Shown one piece after another: positions 49,440-57,592 of a stretch of DNA of 60,919 nt; within the stretch, counting starts at the first letter, position 1; each line of letters starts with the position of its first letter. The notes beneath the pieces were generated by a model, which worked only from the letters and a program-made list of their open reading frames with translations, did no database searches and was not told the origin of the DNA. Source of the stretch: Dehalococcoidales bacterium (GTDB taxonomy: Bacteria; Chloroflexota; Dehalococcoidia; Dehalococcoidales; RBG-16-60-22); assembly GCA_034430375.1 (NCBI GenBank), contig DAOUER010000038.1:1-60919 (forward strand), written 5' to 3'. Made by a program: the position numbers and the translations under genes.

Positions 49440-49618
49440 GTGGATTAAAGGTAGGTGCAAATTGTTTTTTCAAATACCAGGTGAATGACGGCACCCGAAT
49501 TTTGGATTGTAGCGGAACAATCAACAAAGACCTGGAAGACCGCTATATTTTGCGGGATAGCAACAAGAAATCAAAGGTGCTCTGGAAAGATAAAATTGTG
49601 GAGGTAGTTATATTATGA
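49436..49618 (+). CDS. Hypothetical 60-aa beta-rich protein
   Basis: GGGGGT RBS; start and stop coupled to neighbours on both sides. Confidence 0.6.
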   Translation: MSGLKVGANCFFKYQVNDGTRILDCSGTINKDLEDRYILRDSNKKSKVLWKDKIVEVVIL

Positions 49619-50517
49619 AGCTATTTAAGCGGAAGAAGAAAGAGAGAGGAAGCTACAGGACAGCTGCTGACAAACTGAAGGAAGAACGAGCAAAAATCGA
49701 CATTACCCTGGCTAGGGCATTTCAAGAGGATTTGCGAACCCACCCATCTTTCACTCGCGAAATCGCCAGGAGGAAATTTGGTTTAGCTGGGCTGGAACAG
49801 GACAATGATCACTATGACGCTACACCGGTACAGCCGGACATCATGGAACTTATCCAACAATTCAGAGAAATCAAAACTGCTTTCCAGGAGGAATTCCCGG
49901 AAAAATCTGGCTCTTGGTTACAGGAAATAGCTGCCATTGCCCCAGCCATCATTGGAGCGTTAAAAGAAATGCGCCCACAGCAATCGCCACAACAACCGGA
50001 ATATTACCCGGCACCATCACAGCGACTCACTTCTACACAACCCAAGCGTATTGAGAGAACACAGGAGCCACCACCGGAACCACCACAATCGACACCGGAA
50101 CAGCCCGAACAACCCGGCACACCACAGCAAACAGAACTTGATACCACTGTTTATCAGCCAGACATCGAAGAAGCCTCTTTGGATGAGGTGAAAAATTTCG
50201 TGGAGAATATATTAGCGTTGACCCCTGAGGAAGCTACCGCCGAATTATACCTGGGCAGTAATATTGAGGGTGATTTTAGGGCTACCATCTGGCAATACCT
50301 TAGCGAAAACGACATTGACTCGCTCTGGAAACAATTACCACTGTTGGAATCGCTACCAGAGGTCGAGAAATTCAGCCCCATTATCGCTAAATTAACCAAC
50401 GACAAGACTAAAATCTGGCTATCGTTGGTTATCGATGAAATAAATCTGGTTAATTCTGGTGAAAAGACTATTGAAATTAGCGAAAATCAACCTGGAAATG
50501 ATGTTAATAACGCGTGA
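49615..50517 (+). CDS. Hypothetical 300-aa protein: basic N-terminus, amphipathic helix, Pro/Gln linker, acidic helical C-terminus
   Basis: GGAGG RBS; long ORF; no family recognised. Confidence 0.75.
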   Translation: MKLFKRKKKERGSYRTAADKLKEERAKIDITLARAFQEDLRTHPSFTREIARRKFGLAGLEQDNDHYDATPVQPDIMELIQQFREIKTAFQEEFPEKSGSWLQEIAAIAPAIIGALKEMRPQQSPQQPEYYPAPSQRLTSTQPKRIERTQEPPPEPPQSTPEQPEQPGTPQQTELDTTVYQPDIEEASLDEVKNFVENILALTPEEATAELYLGSNIEGDFRATIWQYLSENDIDSLWKQLPLLESLPEVEKFSPIIAKLTNDKTKIWLSLVIDEINLVNSGEKTIEISENQPGNDVNNA

Positions 50518-50618
50518 AAGTGGTTACAGGCGTGTTTTAAGCAAATCCACAATATATAATGAGGATTACGGAGTGCCGGAGGCACGGAGTAATCCGATTA
50601 TCGAAAATAGGAGGTACC

Positions 50619-50909
50619 ATGCCAAATTGTCCATATTGTAAGGAATGGCTACTGACTGAAGATACGCTGGAGGCTCATATTCGGGAAAAGCATTCTGACC
50701 TGATACCAGATGCCGAAAGACTGATGTCGGCCTACGCCGGTACACTCACCAAGCCAATCGTGTCAGCCATTTTACTGGGCATTAGCTTGAAATATAAAGC
50801 TGAGCCCAGCGAGGTTATTTTCCAATATTTGGAGATGTTAGGAATGCTCGACCACCTTGGGGCTGATGTGGACGATGTCCTTGAGGATGAGGGGGAGTCA
50901 GAAGAATAA
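50619..50909 (+). CDS. C2H2 zinc-finger protein
   Basis: AGGAGG RBS; CPYC-x12-H-x4-H; acidic tail. Confidence 0.75.
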   Translation: MPNCPYCKEWLLTEDTLEAHIREKHSDLIPDAERLMSAYAGTLTKPIVSAILLGISLKYKAEPSEVIFQYLEMLGMLDHLGADVDDVLEDEGESEE

Positions 50910-50989
50910 CATTGGTTGCGGGGACATGCATAAATTGCCCCTGAGGGTGGGCTTGAGGTAAAAATTGTCAATGTGATGAGTAAATAAAA

Positions 50990-51019
50990 TGTCCGGGGCT
51001 TCCAGTCCAACCCCGGACA
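50990..51019 (-). terminator. Hairpin between convergent element genes
   Basis: TGTCCGGGG-12 nt-CCCCGGACA with a T-rich tail on the minus strand. Confidence 0.65.
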
Positions 51020-51044
51020 CAGCTACAATGTGGCTTAGTCTGGA

Positions 51045-51521
51045 CTACGAGCCAGGAGCGGTGCCACCCTCGCAGGCTATCAGTGTGATAACCAAACCTT
51101 CGACGTCACCACCGATAGCATCGGCGTCAATAGCCAGGGTGACTTCTTTATCTTGGGCACCATCCGGAGCAAAGGAAGAAATCAGAAGTTTATCGATAGT
51201 TGGGTCTTCGAAGTCTCCAAGGTCTGGCCCCCACATCCAAGCGGACACGACATTCTCAGGGTCAGTTAATCGCGCGTACAAACTGACGTTGGCGTTCCCA
51301 GTGTTCGTGACTGAAATTGTTACCATGGCAGTTTCACCACCGGGGTCGGCATCACCGAAATCAATCACAGCTGGAATGACCTCGATACTTCCGATTGTAT
51401 TAATGTGTAAACTACTTGGAACCTCGGTAGAAAACAATGTGGCGGCTAATACTCCACCGCCAATCAGTAATGCCCCAATGATGGCGAAGATGAATATTTG
51501 CCTGAAAATAGACTTGAACAT
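51045..51521 (-). CDS. Exported or membrane-anchored acidic beta-sandwich protein
   Basis: GGGAGG RBS before ATG 51521; signal/TM IFIFAIIGALLIGGGVLAA; IDFGDADPGG...TISVTNTGNANVSL Ig-like pattern. Confidence 0.75.
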   Translation of the reverse strand: MFKSIFRQIFIFAIIGALLIGGGVLAATLFSTEVPSSLHINTIGSIEVIPAVIDFGDADPGGETAMVTISVTNTGNANVSLYARLTDPENVVSAWMWGPDLGDFEDPTIDKLLISSFAPDGAQDKEVTLAIDADAIGGDVEGLVITLIACEGGTAPGS

Positions 51522-51645
51522 ATTTGACCTCCCGTTTTGATTTATCGATTGAGCTGACTGGCGCACAATCATTTTATATTATGGTAACCAGTCTCAAAAA
51601 TCAAGCCAATTGGCGAAAATAGTGCGCACAATGAGCCATTTGTCC

Positions 51646-51674
51646 TTGACAATGGGTATTATTCTGTGATAATT
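51646..51674 (+). promoter_or_regulatory. Promoter of the xis/membrane-protein/int operon
   Basis: TTGACA followed about 17 bp later by GATAAT, upstream of a GGAGG RBS and ATG 51717. Coordinates approximate. Confidence 0.55.
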
Positions 51675-51716
51675 TATTATATGGCAGACACACATTCAAA
51701 CAGCGGAGGTCAAGAT

Positions 51717-51911
51717 ATGGAGTCCAAATTGCGCACTTTTGTAACAGTGGAACAAGCATCAAGAATCTTGGATGTGCATCCACAGACAGTGAGAAATTGG
51801 TACCGCCTAGGGTTAATCAGGAAGCTACAGCCAAATCCAAATGGCGGTAAAGTTTTTCTCCGATATAGCGATGTTCTTGAGCTTGTGGGGGGAGAATACG
51901 AAGATGAATAA
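51717..51911 (+). CDS. Excisionase-like MerR-type HTH protein
   Basis: VTVEQASRILDVHPQTVRNWYRLGLI...KVFLRYSDV. Confidence 0.85.
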   Translation: MESKLRTFVTVEQASRILDVHPQTVRNWYRLGLIRKLQPNPNGGKVFLRYSDVLELVGGEYEDE

Positions 51912-52149
51912 ACTCGGAGGAAGCCTTCAGCAACGGTCAACAACATCGACTGTAAGCGCATACAAAGGGCGCGGTGGCTTATATTCCCATACGCGTCGCC
52001 TCCAAGTGGGCAACAAAAAATTCGTGCGTACGGTCGATTGCGCACGGAGCTCTTATGCATTTTCAGTTGCCTTAAATTTAGTTGGTGAAGGGGCGGAGTT
52101 TTTGCCTCCTCCGCCCCAACCACCAGGGAGTAAAGATGAAGTTAGATAA
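51904..52149 (+). CDS. Hypothetical 81-aa basic protein
   Basis: ATG overlaps the xis stop; GGGGGAG RBS; stop overlaps the next start region. Confidence 0.5.
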   Translation: MNKLGGSLQQRSTTSTVSAYKGRGGLYSHTRRLQVGNKKFVRTVDCARSSYAFSVALNLVGEGAEFLPPPPQPPGSKDEVR

Positions 52150-52567
52150 ACTACTTACATTATTAATAGTAATAGCAGTTGGCTATTTGCTATATCGAGA
52201 AATCCAGCGCAATAAAAGTAATACCACGCAGATAGCCGGCACAGGAAGCGAAGGGAACCCAGTAAAGCTGGAATTGGAAATGGGTAGCTCACCATTCGCT
52301 CAGACATTCACAGTAAAGTCTGTGCCGAAACGATTCCCGGTTGCCAAGCCTACCAACGGTGAGTTAATGATTTCGACAGCCATAACCAATGCTGGCGACG
52401 TTTATATCGCTGATAGCTACGGAAGTGCTGAAGCTGGCATTCATCGATTTATGATTGAAGCTGGGAATCTCATAAATCTGGGCGTCACCAACCTTGCCGA
52501 CTGGTATTATTACGGAACTGCTGACGATATCTTCTCCATAGCTGGAGAAGTGGAAAATTTCGCCTAA
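52136..52567 (+). CDS. N-terminally membrane-anchored beta-rich protein
   Basis: GGGAG RBS; TM LLTLLIVIAVGYLLY, then a Gly/aromatic beta-rich domain. Confidence 0.75.
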   Translation: MKLDKLLTLLIVIAVGYLLYREIQRNKSNTTQIAGTGSEGNPVKLELEMGSSPFAQTFTVKSVPKRFPVAKPTNGELMISTAITNAGDVYIADSYGSAEAGIHRFMIEAGNLINLGVTNLADWYYYGTADDIFSIAGEVENFA

Positions 52568-52579
52568 AGGAGGGACAAC

Positions 52580-52966
52580 ATGGAAGGATATTTAGACAAT
52601 CCATACGAGGGATATTTAGACAATCCATACTATGATGAGGAATTGATATTGGATGAACCAAAGCCGAAGCGGAGACGCAAAAGCGCTCCCACAACGGAGA
52701 TTAGCCTCTCTGCATTGGTGTTGGTGGGCTTAGTTGGTTTATTAATCTGGTTCAAGCACACCCGGGGCATCTACCCCTGGCAAACGGAAATCGCCAGACG
52801 GTCTATCAGACCGGCTCTCGGCCCGGCTAGCAAAATGGGAATCAGACCAAACACCAGTGGCCACCCGATGAAATCACCAACTCAGGTTGGCATGGTAACT
52901 AACGTTCCCACTGACGTTAGGCCGGGTCATGGTGAGACTGATATATATCCAATCTCACCTTGGTAA
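52580..52966 (+). CDS. Single-pass membrane protein with tandem EGYLDNPY repeat
   Basis: GGAGGG RBS; EGYLDNPY twice; KPKRRRK; TM LSALVLVGLVGLLIWF. Confidence 0.75.
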   Translation: MEGYLDNPYEGYLDNPYYDEELILDEPKPKRRRKSAPTTEISLSALVLVGLVGLLIWFKHTRGIYPWQTEIARRSIRPALGPASKMGIRPNTSGHPMKSPTQVGMVTNVPTDVRPGHGETDIYPISPW

Positions 52967-53022
52967 CTAAAATTGATAACTAAAATTAACCAGGAGCAAT
53001 TTATCATAATGGAGGAAAAAAA

Positions 53023-54345
53023 ATGAAAGCACCAACCAAAACACACCAAGATTTCGATGTGGAAACACCATCCACCCTCAGACAATTCCTGGTCGAAGAA
53101 CTAAGCACCAACAACCAGGAACGCGTAAGGCGTAATCTGCCAATCGAACACTACAATGACGAAGACATCAACCAGCTAATGCCGAAGGTGTTCGCTCACA
53201 TTGAATCCAAAGCTTTGGAGCTATACAAATCTAACGAACCCTGGGCAATCAGGGAATATATCGTCCAACACATCTTGAGAGAACCCGTTGCCAGCGAAGA
53301 CAATATCAGGGTAGCCGGTGAAATATCCAAGCCCGTCGAACGGTGGCAAAGTGATACATTCGACCCGCTACAGCAAATGCGCCTCAAGCTGGAAGTCAGT
53401 CGCAAATCACGTGGATACATCAGGGAGCTAATGCGTCCGGCGAAATGGTTCGTTTCCGATGCTGGTCGCAAGAGGCGCTACACTGAGAATGAGATACTGC
53501 AATTTGTCAGGAAGCTGGCAAATAGATATGACAAGAGGGATGCGAAAGGCCACATCATAACTGAGGGCAGAGACACTAGTTCATTCGTCACCAAAATTTC
53601 TCAATTCAAACGATTCCTGGACTTACTACCGGAAGATGAGCTAACTGGCAGAAAGCAGGTTATCCCCTTTGAATTACCCAAGCTCCCCGATAAATTCAAT
53701 CAGCCAATATTCTCGCATGAAGATATCGAGCTAATCATCTACAAGGCCATCATGGATTTTAAGCCAGAGACGGTTTTACGCATGGCGTTAGCTACTGTCT
53801 ATGGCTGTCGAGTTGGTGAAATTGCATACATGGATTCCAGCAATATTGACTTGAAAACCATGACAGTGAATATCCCCACTGAAAAGAAGGGAGTGCGCAA
53901 GCCTCAGCCAATCCCGCCATCACTAAAGCCCCTATTCATGGTGCCACTGCATAAAACCAGAGACGCAAACATCAATAACCAACTGAAAGCCATCTGTAAG
54001 AAAGCCCGGATACCCTGGCTAAAAGGAATGGGCTGTCACGCCATCCGGCGAGCAGTCGTGACCATATTATATGGTGAAACTGGACTGAAAGAACTGCACA
54101 TCAAACGCTTCATGCGATGGTCTCAAGGCAGAGGTATGGGCGTCATGCCTCGATATATCAGGATACCAACTGAAACGACAGATGCTGAAGTGCTTGAAGT
54201 CCACCCATTCCGGAAAATGTGGGAGCAGATGATACCCTTCATTGAATACATGCCACAATGGGCTGACGCACGTTACCTTCCGGAGTGGAAGGATATAAGC
54301 TCACGTGTGCAATTGTATAACATTACCCAAATTGATACAATGTGA
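53023..54345 (+). CDS. Tyrosine recombinase/integrase of the element (integrated form, 440 aa)
   Basis: YGCRVGEI (R), TEKK (K), HAIRR (HxxR), RFMRWS (W in place of the second H), MPRYI (Y); the att core lies in its last codons. Confidence 0.9.
   Translation: MKAPTKTHQDFDVETPSTLRQFLVEELSTNNQERVRRNLPIEHYNDEDINQLMPKVFAHIESKALELYKSNEPWAIREYIVQHILREPVASEDNIRVAGEISKPVERWQSDTFDPLQQMRLKLEVSRKSRGYIRELMRPAKWFVSDAGRKRRYTENEILQFVRKLANRYDKRDAKGHIITEGRDTSSFVTKISQFKRFLDLLPEDELTGRKQVIPFELPKLPDKFNQPIFSHEDIELIIYKAIMDFKPETVLRMALATVYGCRVGEIAYMDSSNIDLKTMTVNIPTEKKGVRKPQPIPPSLKPLFMVPLHKTRDANINNQLKAICKKARIPWLKGMGCHAIRRAVVTILYGETGLKELHIKRFMRWSQGRGMGVMPRYIRIPTETTDAEVLEVHPFRKMWEQMIPFIEYMPQWADARYLPEWKDISSRVQLYNITQIDTM
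54311..54320 (+). repeat. attR core AATTGTATAA
   Basis: Identical to 47756-47765; preceded by the inner arm ACGTGTGC. Confidence 0.88.
54313..54341 (+). promoter_or_regulatory. Sigma70-type promoter of the mshD-like gene, overlapping attR
   Basis: TTGTAT (54313) - 17 bp - TACAAT (54336). Confidence 0.55.
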
Positions 54346-54368
54346 ACGGGAGACTACAACCACCTGCC

Positions 54369-55286
54369 ATGTCAGATACCGGATACAGCATCAGGAATTA
54401 CAGGCCGGAAGATTTTGATGGATATGTCCTTCTCTGCCAGGAATCTAATGAACTGGGACCTTCCGGACACCCGGCTTCGCCGGAAATAGCCCGAAAATGG
54501 CTGTCCTGGCCTTATTACTCACCGGAAAAGGACCTGTTCCTCCTGAAGAAGGACGGCGAATTAATCGGGAGCCTCGATCTACGCCCCGAACCGGATATCA
54601 ATCGCGTCATTATCAGGTGCTGGGTACACCCCGAGTACCGGCGACAGGGCCTTGGGAATCAACTCTTCGAACGCGCCTTCCAGCGTGCCGTTGAACTCGG
54701 GGTTGAATATATTAACATCAATGTACCCGGCAACAACAACGTTGCCAGAATCGTCCTGTCCCGATACGGATTCAAACCCATTCGTCGTTATCTTGATTTG
54801 AAACTCGATATACTCAAGATAAACAGTAAAGATATCGATAATGCATCCCGTGAATGCCGATGCCTGGAAAGCGGCGAGGAAAATGAACTGTCGCGTGTGC
54901 AAAACCTGGCCTTTGACGGACACTGGGGCTATCATCCCAATACCCCGGAAACAATAGCTTTCTATACTCAGTTAGGTACACCGACGACGGATAATATCAT
55001 CCTCTCCTGCGAAGAAGACAAGATAGTCGGCTACTGCTGGGTGGAAATACTACCCGGTGATGAACCTGCCGGGGAAATCCACATGATAGGTGCCGACCCG
55101 GCATACCAGGGCCAAGGAATCGGCCGGAAGGTCCTGCTGGCCGGATTGGCCTATCTCCGGGAAAAGGGGATATCAACGGCTTATCTAAGCGTGGACAGCG
55201 AGAATAAATCGGCACTCAACCTGTATGATTCGCTGGGATTTGAGCTACACCGTAAAACCCTCTGGTACGAAAAGAAGGTATCTTAA
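54369..55286 (+). CDS. Tandem-GNAT acetyltransferase, MshD-like
   Basis: Two GNAT repeats; EIHMIGADPAYQGQGIG, YLSVDSENKSALNLYDSLGF. ORF track start is GTG 54342. Confidence 0.8.
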   Translation: MSDTGYSIRNYRPEDFDGYVLLCQESNELGPSGHPASPEIARKWLSWPYYSPEKDLFLLKKDGELIGSLDLRPEPDINRVIIRCWVHPEYRRQGLGNQLFERAFQRAVELGVEYININVPGNNNVARIVLSRYGFKPIRRYLDLKLDILKINSKDIDNASRECRCLESGEENELSRVQNLAFDGHWGYHPNTPETIAFYTQLGTPTTDNIILSCEEDKIVGYCWVEILPGDEPAGEIHMIGADPAYQGQGIGRKVLLAGLAYLREKGISTAYLSVDSENKSALNLYDSLGFELHRKTLWYEKKVS

Positions 55287-56560
55287 GCTACCGGGGTCAT
55301 CTTCTTATTAACTTCCCGGAATAATTCCCGGCTTATCGCGGCGGCGATATTTGCCCAGTTATATTCCCTGACGGATTCTCTTATTATATCTGCCGATACA
55401 CCGTTATTATCTATCTTGTACAGCATGCGGCCTATCTTCCCGGCAAGTTCTGCGGGATTATTATCTTCAACGACATAACCGGTTTCATTCTGTTGGATAA
55501 TTCTACTCATATCCCCGACATCGGTAGCGATTACCGGGGTGCCGCAAGCTAATGATTCCAGGGCTACCAGGCCGAAGCTCTCGTAATGCGATGGCACTAC
55601 ACAGATATCCGCGGCGCGGTAATAGGCCGGTAGGTCACGATGTTGCACGATTCCGAGAAAAGAAACCTTATCTTTCAGTCCCAGTTGTTTCGTCATCGAC
55701 TGCAATCGGATTATGGCGTCCTGGCTGTCCTCATCCCCACCGATCACCACCAGTTTCACCCGGCCCCCGTATTCAAGATACGTTAACGCCTCAATTAACT
55801 GCTCGATACCCTTCAGCGGGTCTATTCGTCCGACAAATAGCAGTGTTTTTTCATCGCTGAGGTTGAGTTTTTGCCTGGCGGCTGTTTTTTCTCCAGGTTT
55901 GAACAGGTCCATATTTACACCGCAGGGAACCACGCCTATTTTACCGGGTTCCGTGCCGTATAGCCGGACGATTTCTTCTTTTTCCTTTTCCGTGGAGGTA
56001 ATAACCCGGTGTAAATCTCGCATCGCTTCCGTCTCGGTGACAATGCGCAGTTCCGGTTCTTCCTCACCGATACCAATATTGTTTTTGATAGCTCCCAGCG
56101 TATGAAACATCCCCACATGGGGTACCTGCCACCAGAGCTGGATGTATTTTCCCACCCAGCAGGAAAGCCAGTAGTGACTGAAGACCACATCGTACTGTAG
56201 GTTATTCAGTTTACGGTAATTCTCCAGGTTGCAGGCAAAATTGGGGAGATAAGAATACAGGGCCAGCTTGTGGATATCTTCTACCTGACCGGCCTTGATA
56301 TGTATCAACCGGGCCCCCTCTCCCAGGTCAACAATCGGCGGGTCGGCGGGATCGTGCATACGGGTAAAAACATCGACCGTATGCCCCTGGGTACACAGTT
56401 CACGGGCCAGTTCCCGGATATAAACGCTCATACCACCGGTATCTTTTGCTCCCAGGTTACCCACCGGGCAACTGTGGACACTCAGCATGGCTATTTTCAG
56501 TTTCTTCGTTTCAATATTCAAAAATATCGCTCCTGGTATCACGTAATACTTACCTGGCAC
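55283..56560 (-). CDS. GT4 glycosyltransferase, MshA-like
   Basis: SVHSCP...DTGGMSVY, DVFTR, HYWLS, FHTLGAIK, PSHYESFGLVALESLACGTPV. Confidence 0.88.
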   Translation of the reverse strand: MPGKYYVIPGAIFLNIETKKLKIAMLSVHSCPVGNLGAKDTGGMSVYIRELARELCTQGHTVDVFTRMHDPADPPIVDLGEGARLIHIKAGQVEDIHKLALYSYLPNFACNLENYRKLNNLQYDVVFSHYWLSCWVGKYIQLWWQVPHVGMFHTLGAIKNNIGIGEEEPELRIVTETEAMRDLHRVITSTEKEKEEIVRLYGTEPGKIGVVPCGVNMDLFKPGEKTAARQKLNLSDEKTLLFVGRIDPLKGIEQLIEALTYLEYGGRVKLVVIGGDEDSQDAIIRLQSMTKQLGLKDKVSFLGIVQHRDLPAYYRAADICVVPSHYESFGLVALESLACGTPVIATDVGDMSRIIQQNETGYVVEDNNPAELAGKIGRMLYKIDNNGVSADIIRESVREYNWANIAAAISRELFREVNKKMTPVA

Positions 56561-57519
56561 CGGTACAGCGGGATTTCCTGTCCGCCCAGATGAAATTTAT
56601 ACGGTTCGTCTCCCTTTAAAAAGTCGAATATCTTTTTCCCCGACTCAATATTCTCTTTGATACAGAGGACCTTACTCAGTAACCCAACGCTTAAATAATT
56701 AAATTCGGGGTCGTAACCGCTGTTATAAAGATATATATTATCATTATAATCAAAGCAGATAATCGATGCCATATCACGCCCGTCCAGTCGGAGGACGCCC
56801 AGCTTTAAAACGCACGCCACCGCCATTACCTCTATCAATAACCTGAAAAAAGACTCCATCTTCGCCGTTAGAAACTCAGCCTTGTCGTCACGACTCTCAG
56901 TAAACATCTTAAAAAAGTTATCGATAAATCCCGGCACATCAGCGGCGTTTTCAGACCAGATATATTCGATATTCCCCGCCTCCGAAAGCCTCCTGAGTTT
57001 TCGCCGTACCTCGTGGCGCTGCCTGGAATTCAGCATACCCAGGTAGGCTTCCCAGTTGTCCGGCAGGTCCATCTCTACGGAAATATCCTGTTGAAAGCAA
57101 TTAACTTCAAGATTACGCTTTTCTGCTATATCCTTTAATTTTGTGTATACCGTAGAGTCGTGTCGGACATGTTTCAGGTCCATCGATTTAACGCCGTTTT
57201 CCCTTAAATCATCTAGCAGAGTCTCGAAGAAAGCGTTTTCGGAACCGGGTTCGATGATAAAATCCTGGTAATCACAGACGTCGGTATCCCCGATGAAGGC
57301 GGCGGCATCATTATCCAATCTCAGCGGCGCTATCCCGATTACCCGGTCACCGTCACGAACGACGCGGATAAATGGCTCCTGATCACCGCCGAACACCTGC
57401 CACCACACCTGCAGCCAGGCCGTGGTAATAAAAACAGAACTCCAATTGAGCTTCAATTGCGGGTCAGACCGGTAGGCTTCCAGGCTGTCTAAGCTTGCTT
57501 CAGTGACAGAATAACTCAT
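56539..57519 (-). CDS. GNAT-fold protein, CelD/BcsL (FemAB-like) type
   Basis: WLQVWW, GIAPL, DYQDFI, ELRRKLRRL-like, YNSGYDP...SVG, FDFLKGDEPYKFHLG. Confidence 0.8.
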   Translation of the reverse strand: MSYSVTEASLDSLEAYRSDPQLKLNWSSVFITTAWLQVWWQVFGGDQEPFIRVVRDGDRVIGIAPLRLDNDAAAFIGDTDVCDYQDFIIEPGSENAFFETLLDDLRENGVKSMDLKHVRHDSTVYTKLKDIAEKRNLEVNCFQQDISVEMDLPDNWEAYLGMLNSRQRHEVRRKLRRLSEAGNIEYIWSENAADVPGFIDNFFKMFTESRDDKAEFLTAKMESFFRLLIEVMAVACVLKLGVLRLDGRDMASIICFDYNDNIYLYNSGYDPEFNYLSVGLLSKVLCIKENIESGKKIFDFLKGDEPYKFHLGGQEIPLYRCQVSIT

Positions 57520-57592
57520 ATGCTTTCATTTTAGTCTAGCACTTTAGCTATGGGAGGGTAAAAGGACTAATATCACATTATGCGTATTTTTT

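Larger units (their letters stand above)
47756..54320. mobile_element. 6.56-kb integrated element (integrative plasmid or small virus-like) with self-encoded tyrosine integrase
   Basis: 10-bp direct repeat at both ends; circle junction forms a perfect 12-6-12 palindrome; integrase, excisionase-like HTH and Rep-like helicase inside; host msh-like genes on both flanks. Confidence 0.9.

Noticed and set aside
50459-50641. 60-aa ORF bridging two element genes
   Set aside because: It overlaps both neighbours in another frame, has no clear RBS and no recognisable features.
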